This document shows positions 39,339 to 50,614 of a stretch of DNA of 64,000 nucleotides, in pieces. How positions within the stretch are numbered: position 1 is the stretch's first letter; each line of letters opens with the position of its first letter. The notes beneath the pieces were generated by a model, which was not told the DNA's origin, made no database searches, and saw only the letters and a list, made by a program, of their open reading frames with translations. The DNA is from an uncultured virus (IMG/VR IMGVR_UViG_3300007754_000002). Lineage: Duplodnaviria > Heunggongvirae > Uroviricota > Caudoviricetes. The stretch lies in IMG/VR virus record IMGVR_UViG_3300007754_000002; one strand, given 5' to 3'. The position numbers were made by a program, and so were the translations under genes.

Positions 39339-39785
39339 GCCCTTGAACAAGCAGGTGTAGTCATGGCTGAGCGACGAGTGAGCGAGATCCGGGATTTCTG
39401 GTCCAGCGACACCCGGGAGACCGTCCACACGACGGTGACGACAACCGAGAGGGGTCGGTCCAGGGTTACCAGGACGTCGCGGACGGTGGTGAAGCCCTGC
39501 CCCTACTGCGGCTCAACTCGCCGTTGGCACAACGTGGGCCTCTGCGGGTCAGACCCGTGACTGAAGAAAACCCACTGCCAAAGCGGATACCTCGCTGGCG
39601 ACGCAAACAACTCATTCGGCTGCTCGACAACATCGACGGCAGGCTCCTGGCCTACAGCAAGGAGCTGGAAGGCACCTGCTACTCCCGAAAGCCCGAATCG
39701 AGGATCTTGAGGCTTTCGGGAAAGGCATGTTTAGCGGGTAAGTTTTCGGGGGTGAGTCGTATAGGCTACCGACAGGAGATTAGCC

Positions 39786-41176
39786 ATGTACGTGATCCTG
39801 ACCAGCCGCGCGAAGATGCCCAGCTTTTTCGGCTCCATGAGATACAAGCGGATCGGCCTGATTCACCTGGAGCGGGGCTACCCGTCCCTCCCCGCGATGA
39901 TCTCCGAGCGTGCCTGGGGTGTGGTCTCCGTGGTCGAGACCTGGGAGCGTCTCTTCCATGGAAAGACGGAGAGATGTGCGTTCCACCGGGCTTATGCGGA
40001 AGCAACCCGCCTCCGGGATGAGCACAACCTGAAGTGCGGCGACCTGATGACGGATGAAGTCAGGATGCTCCTCTTCCTGAGCTACGAGGGTCCCTCGGAG
40101 CAGTCCGAAGTCCACGGTGTCTTGGACCTCGACCCTCAGAGGGCGGGGTCTCACTGGCTTCGTCTCTACCACTTCGGCTTCGTCTCGGTGGACGGGGGGA
40201 TCTGGTCCCTGACCGATCTGGGTCAGGGATGGCTTCAGCGACACACGGACGGCTCTTACGATGAGGTGGCGGCGTGAGTCTCCTTGGCATCAGACTGAGC
40301 GACCTGGGCTTCACCTTCCTACCGGCATCCGACCCCAAGAAACCGGAGGTGGACACTCCGCCGGGCCGCTACTTCCGAGCGTTTCCTGAGGAGGCCCGGC
40401 GGAAGTTCATCGGGGTGGGGGAAGATCGGTGGAATGACTGGTGGGATGGCGACTACGGCTGGGGTCGGATGCCGGTAGCCAAGCTGCTTCAGGTCTTCAC
40501 CCCTGAAGAGCTGGTGAGGCTTCACTACGGCACCCCGTTCATGAGCGAAGTGAGTCGCTGGCTGGAGAAAGACCCTGCGAGGAGGATCGCCTGGAAGGCG
40601 GGCAACTCCCTCTGGCGGTGGTCCTATGTCCGCGACTTCAACCTCATGGGAGCGTTCTACAACGCCCTCAAAGGGTTCAGCTTCGGGGAGGGGTTTGAGG
40701 TCCGGCTGGACAGCACCGTGGGATCCAACATGCGAGGGTATCCGGTGTTTCACCGGAGGGTGTACCTGGATGGGATCTTCGGGTTCATCGTCTACCGGAG
40801 AGGGGAGCCTGTTCTGGTCATTGGGTTCAGCATGACGCCGCGAGGTGTCATCATCCAACAGGTCCAGCTCCTCAAGAAGCGGGGGAACCGATGGCTCTAC
40901 AAACTCCCTGAGCACCACTTCAGTTATTCCGTTCGTCGGATGCTGGAATGTTTCGGAGATCTGGGCGTCCATCTCATAGATGGCAGGGACCTGACCCGGG
41001 CGATCCGAGCCAGCTACGCGAACGGAGGGGGGCCGGGTCTGGAGACTCTGAAGAGGGTGAGATCTCTCTACGAGAGGCCCTTGTCCGGGATCATTCGCGG
41101 GGAAGCTTTTCAGGCGAATGGGTTAGCCTACTATCGCCTGGAGCCCGAATGTCTAACAGCGAGGCGATCAGTCTAG
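39786..41176 (+). CDS. Two hypothetical proteins (39786..40277, 40274..41176)
   Basis: Promoter motif 39737-39763, AGGAG RBS, GTGA overlap. Confidence 0.7.
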
Positions 41177-41532
41177 CTCCTTGTTGGTACTGCGGAGCCC
41201 CTAAGGGCCACCCCTGTCGCTCCCGAAGAGGCGAGGAAACCTCTCCCCTTCACCAGTCGCGAAAAGCCATCTGGAGGGCTCTGACGCTCAAAGGGGACTG
41301 GAATCAGGGGTGGCCTCCGAGCTGGGAACACGTCATCGCTCCTCGGGTCCAGCAGAGGGTAGCGTACCGGGCTGACCCGAAGCTCGGGCTCAACGTGGGC
41401 GACTCTTATTTCTATTGGGAGCCCGTTGGCGTCAAACCGATCCGGTCTAAGATCAGACCAGTGGTTGACAGTACCGGGGTGTTATTCTGGCCCGAGGGCG
41501 GGTAATGTACTTCCTAAGCACGGGAGTATCTG

Positions 41533-42030
41533 ATGGCTGGTACCTACGAAGCCGACGTGGACGAGGTGGTGGATGGAGTCGTGGATGACTCCGTGGACGC
41601 CGCTGAGGACGTGATCCTTGAGAACCTCGACGAGGTGGTGGAGGCGGCCTTTGAGGAGGTCATCGACGCCAGCATCGAGATGGTCGATGAGCACTACGAG
41701 CACGTCGCGGGGTCTGAGCGGGCTCAGACTGTCATCAAGATGGTGGCGGACTGGCTGAAGTCCAAGGGGGTCCAGTGGGCGGAGGAGAACTCCGCCGAGG
41801 TGGCCGATGAGATCGGTGGCTGGGTCCAGCAGCGGTTCGACAACCTCCGCGAGTGGCTGGAGGAGCGTCGGGCGACCCGGGAGGAGCGTCGGGAGCAGCG
41901 TGCCGAGAAGAAGGCCGAGCGGAAGGAAGACCGCGCCGAAGCCAAGGCCGAGCGGAAGGACAAGCGGGCTGCCCGCAAGGCCGCTCGCAAGGCGAAGAGG
42001 GCAGCCAAGAAGGACGACGCCGAGGAGTAG
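41533..42030 (+). CDS. Charge-polarised protein (acidic N-terminus, Lys/Arg/Ala-rich C-terminus)
   Basis: DVDEVVDGVVDDSVD ... KRAARKAARKAKRAAKK. Confidence 0.7.
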   Translation: MAGTYEADVDEVVDGVVDDSVDAAEDVILENLDEVVEAAFEEVIDASIEMVDEHYEHVAGSERAQTVIKMVADWLKSKGVQWAEENSAEVADEIGGWVQQRFDNLREWLEERRATREERREQRAEKKAERKEDRAEAKAERKDKRAARKAARKAKRAAKKDDAEE

Positions 42031-42185
42031 CCACTCTCGCTCTACGACAAAGACCCTGAAGAAACTGAGCCCTGGAGCTGAAAAGTTCCGGGGCTCAGTC
42101 GTATACGAGAACATGTACTTCATCGTCTTCCAGGTCACCCCTCCCCAGACGCTCAAAGAAGCGCGGGAGATCGCGGAGGGGGAGC

Positions 42186-45100
42186 ATGTTTTCTCCGGCC
42201 CTTGAGTTTTCCCCGAGCTGGGGGATCACGCTTCCAGACGGGCGAGAAGTCCGTCTGGACTACTTCCTCCTCATGCAGAACAGGATTCTCGCGGGGGAGT
42301 GGCTCCCTCCCGTTGAGGAGCAGCTTGAGGGGGCCTTAAACGACCTGACGAAGCTTTGGGGGAAGGACCGCCCTGTCATCGTCATCCCGCCGGTCATGGG
42401 TGGTCAGGAAATCGGCTATATCCGGGGGCCTCGGTACCGGTGCATGGCGTGGCTATCGTCCAGCCCGATGACCGACACTGAGGACGGTTCACACCTCTTC
42501 TTCATCTGGTGGCAGGAGATGGCTCTCCCGGAGATGGCGAAGGCTTTTGAGGCGGATTGCCCCACCCCGCTTGAAGCCATCCATCGTATCCTTCAGAGAT
42601 ATCCCTGGGAAGACCACGCCCGGGACTTCACCTTCTAAAGAGGCCGCATGAGTGACTGGAGAGAACTGGCTCGGGAACGGCAGCGGTTGTTTCGCCAAGC
42701 CCTGAAGGAAGCCCCGACCCTGGAGGATCACGACCGGGATCGCCTCATCCGGCTGGGTATCCGGCTGGGGAGGCCGGAGATGGAACGGCTCTCCGAGATC
42801 ACGACCAGGGGGCTCCGGGGTATCCTCCGGGACGTGATGACTCTCCGCCACCTGGAGGGGAAGGGGTTCCCGCCCCCGATGACCGACATAGAAGAGCGGG
42901 TGGAAGCCCTAAGGGACACGCGATGCCTCCGCGAACCCCCCTGTGAATGTCGCTGCGGGTACGTCTGCGGGCGGGCCTGCGGACTCCCACTCATGGAGTG
43001 CATGGGGAAGCACTACAAGCTGGACTGCGACCACAAGTTCGACGGGGCGTGGGAGACGTTTGAGCTACCCAACGGGGGTGGGGGCGGCTCCGTCACCTGC
43101 TCCACCTGCGGCCTCACCCAACTCGATCACGACATGAGGTGCGGCCCCTGACAAAAATCCCGAGGCTACTCGTATAGATTGAGAGAGGTTTTCCAATGTT
43201 GCTGCCCAACCATACGCTGACAGACACCAAGGGTCAGACCCTCAGCTTTTACAGCTCTGAGGGAAAGTCTGCCACTCTGGTGTGTCGGGGCCGGATCCGC
43301 AGCCCGGACCCCCACCTGAACGTGGAGCAAGCCCGTGAGGTGCTGCGGTGGTTGGGGATCGATCGCTCTCGGATCATCAACGTGACCGTGACCCGAAATG
43401 AAAACGGGCTCCCTATCTTCGGGGAGGCGTTTCGGGATCAATCGGGATCAGAGGTGTGGGTCCAGGGCTCTAGCGCGGCGGGAGAAGCTTGCTGTTGGAT
43501 CTGCGTGGACGACGGCGACAAAGAGAGCCTCAACACGGTGATCGACCTGAGCGTCGATGGAAAGTGGGAGCTGGCCTATCGCCTCTGGTCCTTTATCGAG
43601 AGATAACTTTGGGGCGGGTACTGCTAGAGAGCAGGAGATTTGATTATGGCTACCAGAAAGCGAACCATCACCGAATGCGACCGTTGCAAGCGGGAGATCG
43701 ACACCTACGAAGAGATCTGGTACCGCGTGGTTCAGATGATCTATGACATTGACGAAAACGCGGTGTGTGAGGGCAAGCGTGAAGACGTCTGCCGCAAGTG
43801 CTACAAGGCTGGCAAGTGACTCCTGACGGTGTAGCGGCGTGGCTCCGGTCTCAAGACCAGGAGACCCTTGGAGAGGTCATTGAGGCCCTCTCCGGGGCCG
43901 CCAGGGACAGCCACATGGGGGCCTTCTATGGGGTCTGGTTGTCTGCCTACATCTCGGAGATCACCCAGCTCTTCCATCTCGTTCTCGCCGGAGAAGAGGG
44001 GGCCGCCGAGGAGGCGTACCGATTCCTGGCTCAACCTCTCTTCCCGACCGTTGGGAGTTTTGAGGAGGGTCGGATCGCCCACCTGGAAGCGGCAATCATC
44101 GCTAAGGATGAGGCGTTGAGAGCCTGTCAAGTAGCCATCGCCTTCGATCCGGAAGTGCTGGAGAGGAAGATCGAGAGAGCCTTGAACCAACGCCCCAACG
44201 TGGAGGGGTTGCTCCTCCGGCAAGACCGGAGGTGTCGAGAACTACAAGTGGAGCTGGAGGATCTCCGGGCTTCCTACAGAGAACTCAACGAAATCAAGTG
44301 TCTGCTGGAGTCTCGCTATGCCCGAGAACGGCTCGAAAACCAACGTGATTGAATTTGACCCGGCGGAGGTTTCCCTCGCGGACCTCACTCGGCGGTGTCA
44401 GGTGACAGGCACCCGCCTGACCCATGCGGACGCGGCTCTCCGTCAGGGCTTCCGCATCTGCCGCGAAGCCCTGCTGTCACTGAACCTTCCTCTGAACCAG
44501 ATGGAGGTCTGGGCAGGCAGCGAGGGTCCCCGGAACTACTTCGTCCGGGCTGTCTGGACGAACAACATGGGCCAAGTGAGCCTCCAGCTCCTTTGGGTTA
44601 TGAAGAACTCCTCCGGTCAGGACGGCACCAAGGGAGCCCTGACAGCAGTCCACGGGGCCGACCTGATACTGGCATCTCGGGCTCTGGAGAGTCTAATGGG
44701 CCGGGCGATGGCGATAGCCGAAGAGTACCGCCAGAAGGCGGAGGAGTGTCTCGGGGCTCTTTGCGAGGTCGAGCCGCGACACAAGAACCCCAGCGGGTTC
44801 AACGTGAATTGGAAGCCGTGAGTGCTCCGACGTGGGTGACCCGGGACGGGAGACGGATTCTCGTCTCAGAGATGAGCCCGGAGCACATCAAAAACTCCGC
44901 AGCTCTGATGCTCAGGCAACCTGTCAGCTTCGTGATCAATAAGGCTTGCCGCCGGCTCGGGCCTTATCGGACGGACGGATACGCCAGGAACTACGCCCGG
45001 CTCTGTGGGCAAGCATGGCCCGGCGGAGAAGATGTGCTCAAGCGGGCTCGGGACGAAAACCTGATGGATATCCACCCCGCAATTTTCTCCTACGGAGGAG

Positions 45101-46161
45101 AGTGAAATGGACCTGAATCCCTGGGAGTCGGAAGACGCTCCGAATGTCGTATCACCTGGGCTTCAAGTGTGGGTCCGGCGAGACCTCAAGCAACAGGTCC
45201 GAGCGAAGATCACCTTCTACGACAAGGTGGGCGCGGTGACTGATTTCTTCTTCCCCCGAGAGGAGCAGCCTCGGAGCCTTCGGATTCCCCACGGCGGGAG
45301 CATTGGTGTCCAGCAGACCTATGCAGACGCCGCTTTGAAGGAAGCAGGACACATCTTGCAGGAAGAGGCGGAAGACCATCGGGCGAACTTCCCTGAGACG
45401 GAACCTTGCTCCTCCTGGCCCATGACACCGGGGGAAGTCGCTGACCGAGTAGACGTCAGCGAGCAGGGGATCATCACGACCCCGGGAGCCTTCTATGGGT
45501 GCCCCGCCTACGTGTTCGCGTTCTGGAAGCGGGGGAGCTTCGCTCATCAGGTCTACGAGATCACCCCGGAACACCGGGTCCTCTGGCCTGATCTGGATGA
45601 CACCCCCGGAGCCATGCTCAGCCTGGGTCTCCCTGAGACCCCTCGCGGAGCGATGCGGCACACCATCCGACGCCCTGAGAGGACAAGCTAATGGGCCACG
45701 CCAACCTGAAAAATCTCAGCCGCCACCTCACCCCCCAGCTCTTCGACAAGGGCAAGGTTAGCGTCAAAGAAGCCCTCGCTTCTTTCCGCCTCCTGTACCC
45801 AACAGACGGCGTGAGGGCGTCAGAAGGGGTCTACACGGAAGACTATATGCTCTCCGAAGCCCTCTGGACCATCCTCGGAATCTGGACCGGGAGAGACGTT
45901 AGAGAGCATCACAAGAACCCCGTCGTTCTCGTGGCCGAGTCGCTCTCAGACCGGCAGAAGGAAGTCCTCCTCCAGTGGTGGGAGCGTGATTCCGAAGCGA
46001 TCGAACACTGGATGGACAAGCCCTGGGATGACCCAGACATGGGCTACAACGTCTTAGACTCCATCCCGTTCAAGATCGCCCCAGAGTGGCTCCAGAAGTG
46101 TCAGGACAACCCCTCGGGAGCCCTGGGAGCCATCCCCCAGGTGGGCAGCATCACGAACTAG
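42186..46161 (+). CDS. Run of small hypothetical proteins (42186..42638, 42648..43151, 43196..43606, 43646..43819, 43816..44352, 44318..44821, 44818..45105, 45107..45691, 45691..46161)
   Basis: Coupled starts and stops; promoter motifs at 42099 and 43170; several CxxC zinc-ribbon ORFs; 43646..43819 read by hand (MATRKRTITECDRC...CRKC). Confidence 0.6.
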
Positions 46162-46236
46162 AAAACGGAGGTAACTTTTTTCTGGTGGGGCGTATACTTA
46201 GGCAACCCTTTTCGGAGGACCCCTTGGAGTACCCCA

Positions 46237-47115
46237 ATGACCAGACGAACCAAGATCGACGGCGCCGTTCTCACCCTGGGTGAGATGGCTTATGTTCTGA
46301 ACCACGCGGGCCTGAGCTGGGCCATCATCCGATGGGTGTTCGGATACACCTACAACCGATCGGCTCAGAGTACGGCGAGGAAGACGGCGGAGTGGGGTGG
46401 TCTCCCCTGGATCAACGGGAGGTCTCCGTCTCAGTCTCAGCGGGAGATGCTGACGGGGTGGACCCGGAGTCACCCTGAGGGTCGAAGGGTTACTCACGGA
46501 CGGACCCTGGCAGAGATCGCACTCTCGCTGATTGAGAGTGGGCTGATCAAGATCGTCCTCGACGGCAACCGAACGGAGGGTTGCCGGGCTTACCTGCTCC
46601 GGACGATGGGCTGCTCCTGGCCTACCGTCGCCAGGATCATGGGTCGAGATCGGCCCAACACGGTCATCGTGATCGCTCGCAAGTTCGGCAAGCGGACCCC
46701 GGACCTCCCGATGACCGCGGTGGTCGTCGTCAAGTCCGTGACTGAGCGGGGGAAGAGGATCTACGAGTACGGGCGGACCCATGAGAACCTCACCTGGAGG
46801 AAGGTCGCTGAAGCGTTCCGGATGAGTGAGTCCGGTGTTCGACACTCGGCGGAAGCCTACGTCACGGAGTACAACGAGCAGAACCCGGGGGCCCCCCTGC
46901 CCTGGCCCCTCTGGGAGCCTCGAAAGCTGCCCGGACGGACCTCCTACATGCAGTACCCGATCTCCGGGACCTGGGGTTCGACGGCGAAGGATCTCGGATA
47001 CGCTCAGCCGTCTTCAGCCCGGGACGTCGCTCTCCACTGGTGGGAGGTGGAAGGCAAGGCCGAGGGGTGGTCCTGGCCGCCCTCCCTGGAGCAGGCCACG
47101 AGTGAGGCGGCATGA
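46237..47115 (+). CDS. Protein with four tandem HTH-like repeats
   Basis: Repeats W-x2-(V/I)A-x3-G...A-x3-A...(W/L)P; promoter motif 46170-46196. Confidence 0.7.
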   Translation: MTRRTKIDGAVLTLGEMAYVLNHAGLSWAIIRWVFGYTYNRSAQSTARKTAEWGGLPWINGRSPSQSQREMLTGWTRSHPEGRRVTHGRTLAEIALSLIESGLIKIVLDGNRTEGCRAYLLRTMGCSWPTVARIMGRDRPNTVIVIARKFGKRTPDLPMTAVVVVKSVTERGKRIYEYGRTHENLTWRKVAEAFRMSESGVRHSAEAYVTEYNEQNPGAPLPWPLWEPRKLPGRTSYMQYPISGTWGSTAKDLGYAQPSSARDVALHWWEVEGKAEGWSWPPSLEQATSEAA

Positions 47116-47263
47116 GTCGCCTGACCGCGGGGGGCTGGGCTGCCGTCGCCGTAGCTTCCTTCGCGCTCGCCTGTATTGCCCCGGCCGAAGAAGCTCGGTC
47201 AGCGTTCTCCATTATCGGCTGCCTCTTCCTCTCAGGAACAATCGTCTCTGTCAGGAGCCTGCG

Positions 47264-47788
47264 ATGACTGACCATCAGGCCCACTTCGACGAAAACTTCA
47301 GAGGGCTCCCTACGGTCTCTTTCTCGGTGGAAATCTCGACCGGGTACCGGGAGAGCCCGGATGAGCCGATGACTGTCTACGCCGGCTGGACTATCTTCTT
47401 CCTGGTCTGGACCGCGGTGCTGGTGACCGGAGCCGTCGTCCTGAAAGGGGTCCTCTTCGCTGCCCTCGCGACGGCTACCCTGATGGCTGCGGGATACTTC
47501 GCCTCCGAGCTAATCGACAGGCTGTTTCGGAAGCCGGTAAAGGGACTCCACACAGCGACCCTCCGACAGATTGAAGGCCGACCGGCGATCGATATCGAGG
47601 GGGTCGGGAGCGACCTGTCCCTCAATACGCTGGAAGAGCGGGGGCTGGATTATCTGACCCTGGCCTCCACCATCACGGAGAGCCTGGACGTAGAACTTCC
47701 AACAGACGACACCATGGCTCGTGTGGGCGCGGTGTTGGAGGTCAACGAGTGGAAGATCCGACAAGCCCGTCGAAAGGTGCAGACATGA
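47264..47788 (+). CDS. Two-TM membrane protein, paralog A
   Basis: AGGAG RBS; HFDENFRGLP...LRQIEGRPAIDIEG...VLEVN. Confidence 0.7.
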   Translation: MTDHQAHFDENFRGLPTVSFSVEISTGYRESPDEPMTVYAGWTIFFLVWTAVLVTGAVVLKGVLFAALATATLMAAGYFASELIDRLFRKPVKGLHTATLRQIEGRPAIDIEGVGSDLSLNTLEERGLDYLTLASTITESLDVELPTDDTMARVGAVLEVNEWKIRQARRKVQT

Positions 47789-48405
47789 CCGCAATCGAAG
47801 AAGCCATCAACGCTCGTCTGAACGAAGAAGCCCTCCAACGGCATTTCAACGAGACCTTCAAGGGTCTCCCTGTGACCCGCTTCCAGGTGCCGGTGACCCC
47901 ACCCAGCGTCAAGCAGGATCCGGCTATCCGAGAGCCTTTCGGGATTCTCGACGGGTTCGCCCTCCTGTTTCTCTTCCTCTTCGGTCTCCTTCTGGCTTCC
48001 GTCATCACTATCGACGGAATGGGGGCTGCTCTGTACATCGGGGGCATGGGCACCCCCGCTTTGCTCTGGGGCACAAACAAGACCTTCCGAAAAATCCTCG
48101 CTCTCCGAAAGACCGCGTCCGCTCCCCCTCCCAAGGTGAAAATGGTCCCGGGTTGGCTGCGACAGGACGGGACCGACGCCGTCATCGATCTGAAGGGGCG
48201 CGGTCGGGTCCGTCTCGCGGACCTGGACGACCTCGGCATCCCCTACTCAACGCTGGTAGAGAGCATCCTTTCAGGGATGGAGGCGTCGCCGGAGCTGGGG
48301 GCCGGGATCGAAGATGAACTCTTACGTGCTGAGAGCGTGATCGAAGTCAACCGAGGCAAGCTGACCGCGGCGAGGGCTCTTGCGGCGAGGAAAGCTCGCG
48401 GTTAA
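47785..48405 (+). CDS. Two-TM membrane protein, paralog B
   Basis: ATGA overlap; HFNETFKGLP...LRQDGTDAVIDLKG...VIEVN. Confidence 0.7.
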   Translation: MTAIEEAINARLNEEALQRHFNETFKGLPVTRFQVPVTPPSVKQDPAIREPFGILDGFALLFLFLFGLLLASVITIDGMGAALYIGGMGTPALLWGTNKTFRKILALRKTASAPPPKVKMVPGWLRQDGTDAVIDLKGRGRVRLADLDDLGIPYSTLVESILSGMEASPELGAGIEDELLRAESVIEVNRGKLTAARALAARKARG

Positions 48406-48490
48406 CCCTGGGGGACTATGAGATACCTCCTCGCCATCCCCAAAGGGATCATTCTGGGCCTGGGCAGCGTCGCCATCGTCGGCGTAGCTC

Positions 48491-48955
48491 TTATTGCCCA
48501 TCTCCGGGATCATCCGGATGTGCCGCGAGCTGGAGTAGAAGACCACCCTGTTCCCCCGACGCCATCCAACGACCAAAGGCGTTAAGCAGGAGCCTCATCA
48601 GGCTCTCCGACTGCGAGAGCGAGTCTTCCCTGAAATCCTGGTAGACCTCGACCCACTTGGGATCCTCAGGGTCCCCCGAGGCAACCTCCAGGATCCAGCC
48701 ATTCGCCGCACGGCGGATCAGAACAGCACCCTCCTGAAGAGCAGCCACAAGGGACCCACCCTTGGGCATCTCCGGAGGTGCAGAGAAAGCCTCCTCCGGG
48801 GGCCCTGGGGGCTCGTCAGGGGCCTCCTCTGGCTCAGGAGGAGCCGGGGGAGGGGGCGGGGCAGGAGACGGCTCAGGGGGCTTCTGATGGCTCCTACAGC
48901 CGGGGTTACTGCACCGCTCACGACGGATGGTATGACCACAGGTAGAACACTTCAT
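48491..48955 (-). CDS. Zn-ribbon/Pro-rich hypothetical protein
   Basis: MKCSTCG...CSNPGC then a PPPPP linker. Confidence 0.5.
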   Translation of the reverse strand: MKCSTCGHTIRRERCSNPGCRSHQKPPEPSPAPPPPPAPPEPEEAPDEPPGPPEEAFSAPPEMPKGGSLVAALQEGAVLIRRAANGWILEVASGDPEDPKWVEVYQDFREDSLSQSESLMRLLLNAFGRWMASGEQGGLLLQLAAHPDDPGDGQ

Positions 48956-49627
48956 ACCAGCCAGATTTTATCGACGAGCTATCAGGGCTGAGAACTACTT
49001 TTTCCCGCCTTGACGTACACATCCCTGCCCTCTTCGGATAAGCCACCGTAGTTGAAATCTTCACTGCTCTCATTTCAGCTTCCGCCACCGTCATGATCCT
49101 CTGGATCATCGTCGGAGACCCGCAGGGGTTCTTCCTACGTCTCTCCCAGGACAGGCAAAAGACCAAGCGGGCTCTGCTGAAAGTCAAGCAAGCGGAAGCA
49201 GAGGCCCGGAAGCTGGAGGCGGAGGTGAAGCTGGGCAGGAAAGCCCTCCCATCCTACGTGGATCCGGACGACCCGGAAGACCTCGACGCTTACAAGCAGG
49301 CTCGGAAAGAGCTGATGGACGACGCCCTCAAGAGCAGTCAATGAGCAGCGACCTGCTGAACACCCCTGTCAGACCGCAGAAGGAAGAAATCTGCGAGCAC
49401 TGCGGGGAGACCTTCACAGGTCTCTTCCATTGCCAGTCCATCACCCAGATCAAGATGGTTGACGGCGACTTCCTCATCGGAAAGCTGTCCGAGTGGACAC
49501 CGCCTGACCGAGAGGTGGTCAGGGTGACCACCCTGGACTCCCTGGACTCCCCGGTCACCTTGGTCCACCCGACTGGCGACAAGAAGGAAAAGAAGTAAGT
49601 TTCCGTTGGGGACTCGTATAGAGCCTC

Positions 49628-50614
49628 ATGGGTAGTTTGACCAAGCTACAGCGTGAAGCTGTTCGCATTCTGACGGAGCAGGGCATCCAAGGGAGATCCA
49701 CGGGTGCCTACCCTGTCGGCTATGACGGACGAAAGGCGAAGTCGGACCTCTCGGACCCGACCCGCATTCGACTCACCATGAAGGATGGGAGGGCTCTGGA
49801 AGAGGCGGGGCTGGCTAAGTACAGCAAGAGCGGCACCCTGCGATGGACTCTGACTCCGCTCGGGATCGCCTTCGGGCTGGAGAGCCTGGACTACACCCCC
49901 CATGACATTCAGGAGATGTTGGACTACGCCCTGACTCTCGCCTACTTCCACCCGAACAAGGAGGGGGAGACGGCGATCCCCTACATCTACCGGCCTGGGT
50001 CGAGTCGGCTGGTGCTGGTGTTGGGAGAGAACGCCGGAGGGAAGAGCTTCTTCCGCCGCATCCTGTCCGGGATGACGGCTCAGGCGAAAGCCAGCAACGG
50101 GTTTGATCCCCCGAGGGATGCCGGCCCCTTCCCGGTCGGGGAATTCATCGCTCTGTCGATGGAAGCCCGCACAAGCAGCAACTTCATGTCCGCGATGATC
50201 TATGGAGCGGAGAAATACCGGAGCACGGGGGAGAACTCCGCTCACACGGTCAAGACCGGGATCAGCACGGTTCAGGGGCGAGCCCACACCTCTATCATCT
50301 ATTGGGATGAGCCCGATATCGGCATGTCGGCGGGAATCGCGGCCGGAGCGGGGATCGAGATCGCCAAGCTGGTGAGGGAAGCGGGGCCCCTGGTTCAGGC
50401 TATCTGCGTGACCACACACTCCCCTCCTCTGGTCAACCGGCTCCTTGACCTCGACCCGCACTACCTCTACCTGGGGGATGATTCCGAAGGAGCCCCCAGG
50501 GATCTCCGAGCCTGGATGGACCATCAACTGACCGCGGAGCCGGTCAGCCCCCAAGAGTTGCTGGACCGGGCTCGACGCCGGTTCAAGCTGATCCGGAAGA
50601 TCCTGAAGAAATGA
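49628..50614 (+). CDS. ABC/AAA_21-type ATPase with N-terminal winged-helix-like extension
   Basis: GENAGGKS (Walker A), STGE signature, YWDEPD (Walker B), TTHSP (H-loop). Confidence 0.82.
   Translation: MGSLTKLQREAVRILTEQGIQGRSTGAYPVGYDGRKAKSDLSDPTRIRLTMKDGRALEEAGLAKYSKSGTLRWTLTPLGIAFGLESLDYTPHDIQEMLDYALTLAYFHPNKEGETAIPYIYRPGSSRLVLVLGENAGGKSFFRRILSGMTAQAKASNGFDPPRDAGPFPVGEFIALSMEARTSSNFMSAMIYGAEKYRSTGENSAHTVKTGISTVQGRAHTSIIYWDEPDIGMSAGIAAGAGIEIAKLVREAGPLVQAICVTTHSPPLVNRLLDLDPHYLYLGDDSEGAPRDLRAWMDHQLTAEPVSPQELLDRARRRFKLIRKILKK

Noticed and set aside
39684..39720. Hairpin CCCGAAAGCC...GGCTTTCGGG as an intrinsic terminator
   Set aside because: 10-bp stem is present, but the loop is long, there is no U-tract and it lies in an open frame; function unsupported
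46826..47263. N-terminal part of the 320-aa ORF 46826..47788
   Set aside because: Overlaps the HTH-repeat gene; RBS and paralog alignment place the real start at 47264
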